A DNA stretch of 62,799 bases, counting the filler, from Globobulimina sp. (lineage: Eukaryota), in assembly GCA_003354225.1 (NCBI GenBank). It is 13 parts of 13 records of this genome, joined end to end, with 100 filler letters (N's around TTAATTAATTAA, not from the genome) between each part and the next. Parts side by side here need not be neighbours in the genome. Positions count along the whole stretch, not along the records: positions 9,688 to 14,428 come from PIVH01000958.1; positions 14,529 to 19,269 come from PIVH01000959.1; positions 19,370 to 24,109 come from PIVH01000960.1; 10 more parts are not named here. One strand, given 5' to 3'. Below, one piece after another: positions 10,531 through 21,286 of this stretch. Within the stretch, counting starts at the first letter, position 1; each line of letters opens with the position of its first letter. Below the pieces are notes generated by a model. The model saw nothing but the letters and a program-made list of their open reading frames with translations. It was not told where the DNA came from and did not search any database. The position numbers and the translations under genes are program-made.

Positions 10531-13500
10531 ATGTCCTCGTTTCTGTTGTCTCTGCTGACATGTATTGCGTACACCGCATCCACTCGCTACTATGTGAACC
10601 CTACCATATCAACTGTCGGCAATGGACTGCAATGGTCCTCTGCGTTCGATCTATTAGACACTCCATTGCAAGTTGCAACCGCTGGCGATGAAATATGGCT
10701 AAGAGGAGTGTCTGGTCATAAATATATCAAATCTAATCCAGCAGATAGAACAGATTGCTTTCTGACCAATAATGAAATCACGATTTACGGAGGTTTTGCC
10801 GGAACTGAGAGTACAATCAATGAAAGGAATGTCAATAACGCACCATCTGTGATATCAGGAGACATTGGAGTTACTGGTGATCACTCAGACAATTGTTATC
10901 ATGTTATCAGCTATGAACAAAAATTAACATTGGATAATGTCATCATACAGCATGGCAATGCGAATTATTTTGGTAAATATACACTCGCAGAATCCGATAA
11001 TGTGTTGCATCGATACGGTGGTGCTCTAATGTCCGCTTTCCAGAGCTCCTTTCTTTCGTTAAATAACGTAGTAATACGAAACAACTCGGCCATTGTATGT
11101 CTTTTATAAATATATGATTCAAATATTTGCTTTTCATTATTTTTATATAGAATGGTGGTGGGATATGGGCACAGAGCAACAATGTGCGTAATGTTGATAT
11201 TGTTATAAGAAATTCCACATTTGAGTATAATCGAGCTATTGACGGAGAGTATGAAGGTATGATTACAGTTAAAAGGAATATTATATACTATATGTTTTTT
11301 GTATATTAAGGTGGTTATGGTGGAGCTTTATATGGTTCGCATCTTGCAAATTTTTCGCTATCTCTGGTAGAATTTAATTACAATGAAGCAGAGTTTAGAG
11401 GAGGCGCTATTTATCAGGTTATGTGCATGTGTAACTACACCGATATGCCGATGTTCAAAAATAAATTAACACACAGGATTATGGAGCTTTTTTTGAATGT
11501 AACCAATGTACTTTTGATCACAATAAAGTATGTATTTGCAATTGTTGACGACATGAGGCTTGAAAACAAATATTGTAATGTTTGTAACAACAATAATTAA
11601 ATAAAAAATAGGTCCGAGGATTTGGCGGAGCAATTTTTAGCGAGGACAGAAACTCGCAAACAGATGGCACCTTTCCTGCGTTTACATGGTGCACATTCAA
11701 CTACAATGAGGCAGAAATTGATGGAGGAGCTGTCTATTTATACAATGGAGTGATTGGCACATTTGAAAACAATGCATTTACTTACAATGCAGCGGGAGGA
11801 AAAGGTGGAGCTCTTTGTTTAATTAGTTCACATTTAACCATATTGACAGCAAACACATTTAATGGAAATACAGCAAATGGTGATATAGCAAGCAGTGATT
11901 TATATAATATGACCCGAGCTGAATACACTGGCATTGATGAGACATTATCATTCGATATGAATACTGAATTAACAACTTTATACACAAAATGGCTTACTAT
12001 TCAGGACGAAACTGATTTATATCCAATTACGGCAAACAGTTTATGCTATGTCGACATTGATAATACAAACATTACCAAAGATGGCAATGAATGGAGTTCT
12101 GCCTATAATGACATCCAACAATGTCTCGATTTATTAAATACCACAGGAGGAGAAATTTGGGTATGTATTTTATTCAACATTTATATATTTGAACATTGGG
12201 GAAATTAAAAAAAAATAAGGTAAAATCAGGTACATATATGCCAACAGCAATTCCTTTATGGAAACAAAAAACGACAAATATCATGAAATCATTTATTATG
12301 TACGATGATATTCAAATGTTTGGTGGCTTCATTGCTACAGAAACGGCTCGAGATCAACGAAACTGGCGGGATAATCCAACCTATTTATCATGTTAAGCGA
12401 CATATAAATGATATAATGTTCATCTCAACGTAGATTACAATATTAATATTTAGGTCAATTAAGTGCTGCACTTCAATGTTCACAGATATTGAATGCGGCA
12501 GATAACACTTTAATTGATGGATTTATTTTTATCAATTCAGGACTTGGTCGAACTCAAAATCGGCGAAGAATAGCTGGCTCCACTTCGGTGGAAGCGATAT
12601 TATCATCGACAGCAAGTAATCCCGGCGCTGGCATCTGGTCCAAAAGCACAAACATTTTTGTAGTAAATAGTATTTTCTATAAATTATACACTGCCGGGAA
12701 AGGTGGTGCAGTTTATTGTATTGGACAACAAGATGTGGCAGCAACGGTGGTGGAGTCACCTACATTTATCAACGTTGCGTTTTTAGGGAATCGAGCAAGT
12801 GGTCGAGGTATACGTATATAATTTGCATTCAAATGACACGTTTCAGATTACGATTGTTAAAAAAAAGGTGGTGCAATCAGTGCAGATGCGAAGTGCGAAT
12901 TTGTATGTAAATATTGTAGATTTGAGAACAATTCATGCAGTGGGAAAGGTGGAGCAATATATTTAGACTTTGATTGTGATCCAATATTTAAAAATGTTGC
13001 ATTTACTAATAACTATGCTGCAGAATCTGGTGGTTGTATAGCTGGAGATGGCGGCTCATTCACTACATTTAATGCGAGTGCAGTATTTGAATCGAATCAG
13101 GCTGATATGGAAGGTGGATGTTTGTATGCTGGTTCTGGCAGTAACAATGGGTTTGTTTTTGAAAATACTCCGCTTTTCAGCAATAATATGATGACTAATG
13201 TTGGAATTGGACAAAGTGATATTTATGGTTGGCCATACACTGTTGTTGATATTCCAGAAACGTTGACAGCTGCACCGATGTCAACCACTAACACTGTTGC
13301 AACAGAGATTGGTGGTATTCAACCGAATATAATCATAGTTTATGTGGACGATATGCCGTTTCAGGCAGCATGGAGTTCCTCAGCGCCACCGGTTGCTTCT
13401 TTGAAGGACTATCTGACTCCAAATATGGATGCATTTGTGAATGAAGCAGTGATATTTCCGAATGCGTATTGTGCAGCACCTATGTGTGCTCCATCTCGAT

Positions 13501-14428
13501 TTGCATTGTTAACCGGTCGGCAACCTTCCAGGTCACAATATGGAATTTCTCAAACATTACGGTCAAATGCAGGACATCTAACAGCAAACGTATGTGATCT
13601 ATACAAATATACAGTATTTAGTTTTGAACGAAACATCAAATTTAAAAAAGGTGACTATACTAACCACGAAATTACATTACAATGATAGTGTTTTTAATAT
13701 AATGCATGCACTGCAGAATGATGCAAATGTGCCATATTTTACTGGCATGGTTGGCAAATGGCATTTGATGGAACGGGTACAAGCAACATATTGTTACCAA
13801 TTAAACAGTGTACAAGATGCTGTGATATATGCCACGTGTACAGATTATGTAAAACAGACAGGATTTGATTTTGTAGACGCTTTTTATTATGACAATATAT
13901 TGGATGAGCTGCAATCATTATATTCACACAATCCGGAATGGATGGTATCGCAAAGTCAAAAGTTTATCAATCAGGCGGTCAACATTGAAATGAAACCATT
14001 TTTTCTCTATTTTTCAAGCACATTAACGCATACTCCGTCAATTAAAGAGGCGTTGTTTAATTTCAGCTCTGTCGACTCTCCAAAGGGTACTTTGACGGGA
14101 ACAGATATACCAAATACGACAATGAGCGATCGGTTATCAATATGGAATGCAGCTTTTGCTGATTGGGGTAAAATCCCAGGAAGTGAGACTGCCGCTGGAA
14201 TGTATTGGTTTGATAATGCCTTTGGTGCTTTGATTGATTATCTAAAACTGCACGATTTGTATGACAAAACATTCATAGTTTTAGCAGGTCTGAAATCAAA
14301 TGTATTTATATTTTCGGTTTTTATAGGCGATAAATATTATATATAGGCGATAATGGACACACTGAGAAAAGCACTCTTTTCCAAGGTGGTTCTCGCGTAT
14401 TTCATTTCGTACGCTATCCCCCGTTATT
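10531..14428 (+). CDS. Secreted protein: two parallel beta-helix (GGAI-repeat) modules plus a formylglycine-type sulfatase; >=10 exons, 3' partial
   Basis: Introns at 11095-11150, 11257-11310, 11418-11476, 11528-11611, 12161-12219, 12392-12453, 12808-12867, 13590-13650 and 14288-14346. Sulfatase motifs: PNIIIVYVDD, CAPSR..LLTGR, GKWHL, GDNG, QGGSRV. Confidence 0.85.
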
Positions 14429-14528
14429 NNNNNNNNNNNNNNNNNNNNNNNNNNNNNNNNNNNNNNNNNNNNTTAATTAATTAANNNNNNNNNNNNNNNN
14501 NNNNNNNNNNNNNNNNNNNNNNNNNNNN

Positions 14529-17500
14529 CTTCATCGTCCCCGCCGACCGCCGCAAAACCAACCCGTTTATCTCTCTTTTGTTTTTTCTTTGCCTTATCCT
14601 TTCTTCTCTGCTCTTTCTCCGCTTTTTTCCTGGCGCGGTCCAACTTTTTTTTCTCTTTAAACGCCCGCATTTCTTTGGCTCGCCGGTCTTTTGCCATTTT
14701 TTTCTTCCATTCCTTCTCCTTATCTTGCTCAATTTTGATAATCTTGTCTCTATTCTCGATAAATGTCAATCGAAATTCATTAAAAATACCAAAAAACTCT
14801 TCCAATTTAAACTGCGATGGCTTCACCTTTTCGCCATAAAACTTAGCTAACTTTTGTACGCCGGCTATGGTGTCACTGAAATCCTTTTGCAACTCTTGCA
14901 CTTTCACCAATGAGTCCTTATAAAAGGCACCCATTATTCCCCCAAATCGGTCCTGCTCTTCTTCCTTATTCTCCTTATTCTCTTTATCCGCATTGCTATC
15001 ATTCTTCAATAAATCATGCACTTTCTCCAAATCCTTGTCCATTTTTGTGATTTCAGAGTCCAAATTATCCGTCTCAATGCGCACAATTTGCGGCAATTCG
15101 CGCATGTCGTCGATCCACGTCAATGCTTCGGGATAATTTAGCCGCAAAAACTTGAACATATAACCTAAAATACTCATGGTCGAATCAGTAGTTTTGTACG
15201 CGCCAATTTTGGATAACGTTTCCAATTCAAATCCGTGTTTGCCTCCTTTTTTAGTGCCGCCATTGATAAAATTGCCGCAGGCTAAGATAGCGGCTAAGGT
15301 CTTTTTAAAGCCTTGATTTTCCTGAAAAATATGTATTTTATTTTATAATGGATAAATTAAGGCAATTTGACGCGTAGTTATACCTTAATAATTGTGCTCA
15401 TTCCACTCAATAAATCCACTTTAGATTTATGATCATTATAATCCTCAGCAAACGACATCTTATACGACCATATTTGCAGTCGTTCTTTGATGTTATCCAT
15501 ATTTCGAAACTGATTGAAAAACCTCTCGCAAGCCGCCAAATCACTGTCAGGCCCTTCATAGCCTTGCATTTGAGTCACTTCTTCCGGCGTAGGAGCCAAA
15601 CTTATCAACTTTTCCAACTTTTCCCTATTCAATACCTCCTCATCCATCTGCAACACGGCCAGTTTTATATCGCTATTTTTCATTTTAAATCGACTCAATC
15701 CAATCAACACATTATAACTGCGTTTATCCGCAATGATTTCAATCAATTCTTTCTTTTGTTTCCTCTCTTTTTTGTTCCCGGCACCGCCTGGCTTCGGTTT
15801 TCGTTTTTTTGTCTTGGTTTTTTTAGCTGCAAATAATTCTTCCAACGTTCTCGTTTCCTCATCTTTTTTTTCCTCTTCTTTCTTTTCTTCATCTTTCTTT
15901 TCTTCATCTTTCTTTTCTTCATCTTTTTGTTCCTCCGCCGCTGTACTATCTGTATCCGCTTCAGCTGCTTTTTCAGGTTTCTTTTTTTTCGGTTTATTTT
16001 TTTTCGGAGCAAAAAAGGAAGCACCCGACCTTTCTTCGACAATTTCATCCTCGATTTTACTGATCGACTCCCAGATGGTACCCACTATTTTTCTGTCATT
16101 GATGGGCTTCCAATGCAAAGTCTTCATTTTGATGCTGGGTTTTTGCGGTGTTTTCTTTTTGATGGCTGGCTTACTCGCAAGGCCAGGCGGACCGGGCATA
16201 CCTGGCATGCCTAAGCCTCCCGGGAATGCAAACGGAACCGGTGCTGCTCCGGGCAATGGAGGTCCGCCAGGAAAAGGTGGTGCCATCGCCATCATTGGTG
16301 CTCCCATCATTGGAGCCATTGGGATCGGTGCACCGCCACCACCACCGGGTATTGGTGCGCCCATATGTCCCATTGGAGCCATTGGTATTGGTGCACCCAT
16401 TGGAGCCATGGGAACCGGTGCACCCGTTGGAAATGGTGCTGGTGCTGCCATTGGTGCACCTATACAAATATGAGAAACACTTGTTATACAAAACAAAAAG
16501 AAACAAATTTATACCTGGTAAGGGTGCGGCCATTGTTCCGCCAGGAAGTGGTGCTGCCATTGGAACTCCTAAAAAAATATGTTAATGTATATATACATAG
16601 CAATTCAGAAAGAAAATACCAGGTAAAGGTGCAGCCATTGTTCCGCCAGGCATTGGCGCTGCCATTGGAGCGCCAGGAATCGGTGCAGCCATCGGTGCTC
16701 CTATATATATACAAAAATCCGCATAAACACACTTATTTTACATATTTACACCCACAAAAATAAAAAATACACTACCAGGCAAAGGTGCAGCCATCGGGAC
16801 ACCAGGCATTGGAGCTGGTATTGGTGCACCAGACAAAGGAGCTGCAATCGGTGCACCGGGCATTGGAGCAGGTATCAGAGCGCCCGGTAACGGTGCAGCT
16901 ATCGGTGCTTTTTTCCCAGGCACTGGAGCAGGCAACAAAGCAGACGCTGACGAATTTGCCATCGATATCGGCGATGTCACAGACTCTTCCACTAAAACAT
17001 TAACCTGTTCTGGTTGCAATACAACCCCATCGTAATAGGCAGCCACCCTTTCAAACGCCTTGGGTGCCACCTGTTTAATCAGCTGTATATCCTGTTGCAT
17101 TTTGGCGGCCACCTTCCTCGTCTTCACATACTGCGTATGCAATTTCTTCGTAGTATCCGCCGCAATCTCCAATTTCTTCAACCTATTCTCCGCAATCTGC
17201 TTATATTTGGTCAGCTCTCCCTCCTTTTCCTTGAGCTTATTTTCCAACTCTTGCTCCGTGTCCTGGAAATCCGGCAGTTTCTGCAAATATAAATTCAATT
17301 CCATAAACGTTGGGAACTGCTTCAACAACGAACACGAAAAAAACTGTGCTTGTTCTATCTTGGCATAGCCATCGCCTTTGAACTCAATCAACCACGAATG
17401 GGATATATTGAATGTAACATTGTAGGTTACACTGCGCTTCTCCTCCCAAAAGAAGTTAATTCCACTCGTACTCACTGCGAATGTCATATGGTCACCGATA

Positions 17501-19269
17501 ATGTCTCTATCAATTTGGTCCAAATCCTGCGCATTGATCTTCTCTGACTGTCGTCGATTTATCTGTTTGCAGTTCAAAAACAAATGGTTTCATATTGTTG
17601 TAAATATATAGTTTGCAAATATGTACCGGTTGCGTAGAGGACATCGACATCGAATCTTCCACCACATTCAACGTACTATTTTTATTCCTGCCACGCAACG
17701 ACACCGTGATAGATTGCGCCTTCTCGTCGTCCTGAACCACACGTAATATATTCAACGACTTATCCAACTCCCAAACTAACCGCTTCTTCGTGTTCAAGTT
17801 CGTGAATATAAACTTGCACTTATTCCATTTCTTAGCATTCTTATCGTCGCCACTCTGACTGCTTTGGTCAGAGATATAAAAATCAAAACCATCCTTATCC
17901 TCGAAGCCTACGTCCAACACAAAGGGCAATTCCACCAATCTCTCCTTATACAATGCCTCTTCATCGTCATCCTCGTCAATCACCAATAGCTCTTCATCAC
18001 TGTCGCTGTCCTCCAAATCCTTATACACTGAATTCTCGTCCTCAGAGATATCGATAGATTCTTCCTTCGTTTCCTCCTTAAACTTGACAGTGGTTTTGGT
18101 TTCTGACAGTTTGGCCGTTTCAGATATATTCGGCAGTTGCTTTACAAGCGTCGGAGTGGGGTAGAAATCCACAATTTCCTTCTCCGCGTCCGCCAAATAT
18201 TGCTCCCGTAAGGGATTACAACAAATATTAATCGCTTTATTGCAATTATTCCATACATGCTGCCGCAGCGACCGCTGATGGTTCGGAATGAGCAGAAAAT
18301 TCTGTAATATGTGCGTTAATTGCTCGGCATAGCCATATTCAATGGCGTCTTTCTTAATAATTGAAAACAAGGCATCCGGGTCAGATAAATCGATATCATT
18401 TACAATTTTTTCATGGTCATCCTGCTGTTTCGTGATGTTGTACACTCGGATTTGTTTTTTTATTTTCCTCGCATTCTTATTGTCCGAACTGTTGGGATCG
18501 ACGCTGTCTAACTCCAAATCTTGACACTCTTCCTCTAAGCTCTCGAATTTGGTCAATATGTTAAAGTGTTTGCAGTGATAATTGCGTATAAAAACCCTAT
18601 CTTCCAAGTCTATAAAAGGAGAGTTGGTCAACACATTGATCAACGTCAATAAACAGAATCGAAATTCCCATTTCCCTCTGGTTTTGTCGAGGCTGTTAAT
18701 GAGGAATGGCCACCACGTGCTGCGTCCGAGTGTGGTGGCGAATATTTGCAACGATTTGCACACTGCGCTATAACTCGACTGTTTCCACCAACATAGCAAT
18801 GATAAGATCTGCAGACACTGCACTTTGATGCGATAGTCTTTGAGCTCGAACATGTTGACAATGGCAGTGATGATATGCGAGTGCTGAGAGATGATATTAA
18901 AGCCGACGTCGTTGGGAGTGTTCAATATGGCGCGTATACTACGTAAAAACGCCTCGCGTAGTTTGTCGCCGCCATGGCTGAAAGAGATCAATTTGATTAA
19001 GTGATCCATACCGCCGCCTTCGCCAAACTCGCGCACAAACTTGGAAGGGTTGTCGTTGATGGCCGGGGTGAAACTCAATATGGCTTGCAATGCACTCTCG
19101 GGATGGGTTTGGTGATGAAATAAGTCATTCCAATGTGTGGCTGTCGACGTAGGATCGCCTCCCTTTTATACGCGCAAATTCGCAATGAATGGGATGTGTG
19201 TTGTATATGTTATATATATATATATTACACTTAACTTCATTTAATTGACGTTCTTTCCACTCTGCAATG
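14529..19269 (-). CDS. Formin (GBD/FH3, Pro-rich FH1, FH2, coiled coil), multi-exon, partial at both ends
   Basis: FH3-like FVREFGEGGGMDHL and LTLINVL. FH2 motifs KTLHWKPI..GTIW, LEELFA, LACGNFING and FFGIFNEF. Confidence 0.95.
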
Positions 19270-19380
19270 NNNNNNNNNNNNNNNNNNNNNNNNNNNNNNN
19301 NNNNNNNNNNNNNTTAATTAATTAANNNNNNNNNNNNNNNNNNNNNNNNNNNNNNNNNNNNNNNNNNNNATGAGATAACA

Positions 19381-19445
19381 TGGTGATGATTGGGATTTGA
19401 ACCCAAATATTCTTCAATAAGACGCTCTCATTGAGCTATCATCAC
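19381..19445 (-). ncRNA. tRNA-like element with shortened D loop and truncated anticodon arm
   Basis: Reads GTGATGA TA GCTC AATGA GAGC G TCTT ATTG AAGA ATAT TTGGG TTCAAAT CCCAA TCATCAC CA. The 7, 4, 4 and 5 bp stems are all Watson-Crick, and box A/box B-like motifs are present. Confidence 0.7.
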
Positions 19446-19709
19446 AAGAAGAGATTTGTAGGTGGCAGCTACCATAATAAATAGCAGCGGTACCAATTAC
19501 CTGAATTTTATTGCGTTCACTAAAGCCATTCCAGACAGAACAAAAAACAGTATTTCAGCGATTGAATGATTGAAATAAATTTATAATTAGCAATTGCATC
19601 TAAATATATACTAATAAACCAAAACGGTGTGACGGGTACGAACAGGTTACATTACATAAAACAATGACGATCATTTATTGTCAACTCCAATTTATGGTTC
19701 GTAGTAAAT

Positions 19710-21257
19710 TCATTGTATTTTTTTCTTGATTCTTCGCGACAATACAACTTTTTTCCATTTTTTTGTCTTGAAAAACATTCGAAACACAGAATCTTTAGTA
19801 ACTCCTTTCTGTGAATCCCACATTCGATTCAATAAAACATCCTCTTTTTCCACTCCCTCCAATGAAAATTTCCCAGTCAAAAACTTTACAATTTTCTCTC
19901 GATTCGCTTGGCTCAGTTGATTGCAATTTGTGTGCAGCCATGAAAACTTATGCAAAGCCTTTGGAATTCCCATATTTATTAATCTCAATTCCTCCGTATT
20001 TCCCTCCTCCTTTTTCTCCGCAATAAAAGCACCAGAAACAGAACCCGGCGCAACGAGCATCAGACACTGATCATCCTCCATGTCATCGCAAATATTTTTA
20101 TTGTTTTTATTATTTGTGTTATTTTCCTCGATGTGATCATCATTCATAAACGCATCGAAATCGTCCAAATTATCCACATCATTCACAATATTATTACTCA
20201 GAATTAATGATTGTTGCTGTTTTTCTTTTTCTTCTCTTTCCAGCTTTTCCTTTTCTAATTTTTTCAATCTCTCCTTTTCTTTTCGATTTTGTTCGATTTG
20301 ATATTTTCTTTCTTGCTCTCTTCGATCTGTATCTTCCCGCATTTGTCTTTTTTGTTGGATGGACAATAAACGAATCGAGTTTTTCTTCTCATTCTTTGCG
20401 CGCATTGCAGTTAATTTGTCATTGATGGCCGAAAACTTTCTGCCTCCCACACTGCAGTACGATGACGACGATATTTTCTGTCTTTTCCTCATTGGATTCA
20501 TATTCGTATTAATGTTGGCATTGCTATTTTTATTCATATTTAAATTGGTTTTTTGTGGCGGATTTGGTCGGGGAAAGGATAAAAATTTTATATTTGATAA
20601 TGTCCGCGATTTTGGTTTGATTTTATTATCATTTTTATCTGTTTTGTCATCTTCCAAATCTCCAAATAATTGTTGCAAATCATCATCATTCGAATCATCA
20701 GAATCTATCTCCATTTCATTTGTTTTATATTCAATGTTGGTTTGAAAATTATGTTCGAATATTTTTGTGCCGTTTTTGGTGGCAAAGCACCAATCGGCAA
20801 ATAAAAATTGTGGCAATTTATCACTTGTTTTATCAGAATTTAGTGCTTTCAATGATTGATTGAGTGCATTGGATAAGTCATTGAGATCAATGTACGGAAA
20901 TGTATTATTCTCACTTTGTGCACCCATAAAAACTAAAATGGTTTCCAACCACAACCACGGCGATGATTTGGATAATTTATTTTCATTTTTTAATGCATTC
21001 AATATCGAAGCACATAAACTGAGTAATTCGTCGATGCACGGTTTCAATGTGTTGAATAATTTCTTCTTCGAACTCACAAATTTGATTGCAATTAAAATCC
21101 GACTCAATGCGATGGGATCGATATGGTCATGCTGATAAGACTTATGTTTTCCATTCAAATATGATAACAATTCTTCCAATTGACCTGGATTCGATAATGG
21201 TTGGATTAACTTATCAAAACTCCAACTATCTGTGGCTTGGTTCAAAAGGGTTGCCAT
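19710..21257 (-). CDS. Hypothetical protein with coiled coil
   Basis: Long ORF whose first ATG is at 21257. Helical N-terminus and a K/E-rich coiled coil. Confidence 0.7.
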   Translation of the reverse strand: MATLLNQATDSWSFDKLIQPLSNPGQLEELLSYLNGKHKSYQHDHIDPIALSRILIAIKFVSSKKKLFNTLKPCIDELLSLCASILNALKNENKLSKSSPWLWLETILVFMGAQSENNTFPYIDLNDLSNALNQSLKALNSDKTSDKLPQFLFADWCFATKNGTKIFEHNFQTNIEYKTNEMEIDSDDSNDDDLQQLFGDLEDDKTDKNDNKIKPKSRTLSNIKFLSFPRPNPPQKTNLNMNKNSNANINTNMNPMRKRQKISSSSYCSVGGRKFSAINDKLTAMRAKNEKKNSIRLLSIQQKRQMREDTDRREQERKYQIEQNRKEKERLKKLEKEKLEREEKEKQQQSLILSNNIVNDVDNLDDFDAFMNDDHIEENNTNNKNNKNICDDMEDDQCLMLVAPGSVSGAFIAEKKEEGNTEELRLINMGIPKALHKFSWLHTNCNQLSQANREKIVKFLTGKFSLEGVEKEDVLLNRMWDSQKGVTKDSVFRMFFKTKKWKKVVLSRRIKKKIQ

Positions 21258-21286
21258 TCTAAGAAAAGAAGAAAAAAACAATTTAC

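Noticed and set aside
15429-17547. Long + strand ORFs opposite the formin (similarly 32787-33527 and 40648-41004)
   Set aside because: These are antisense shadows of low-complexity or repetitive coding sequence.
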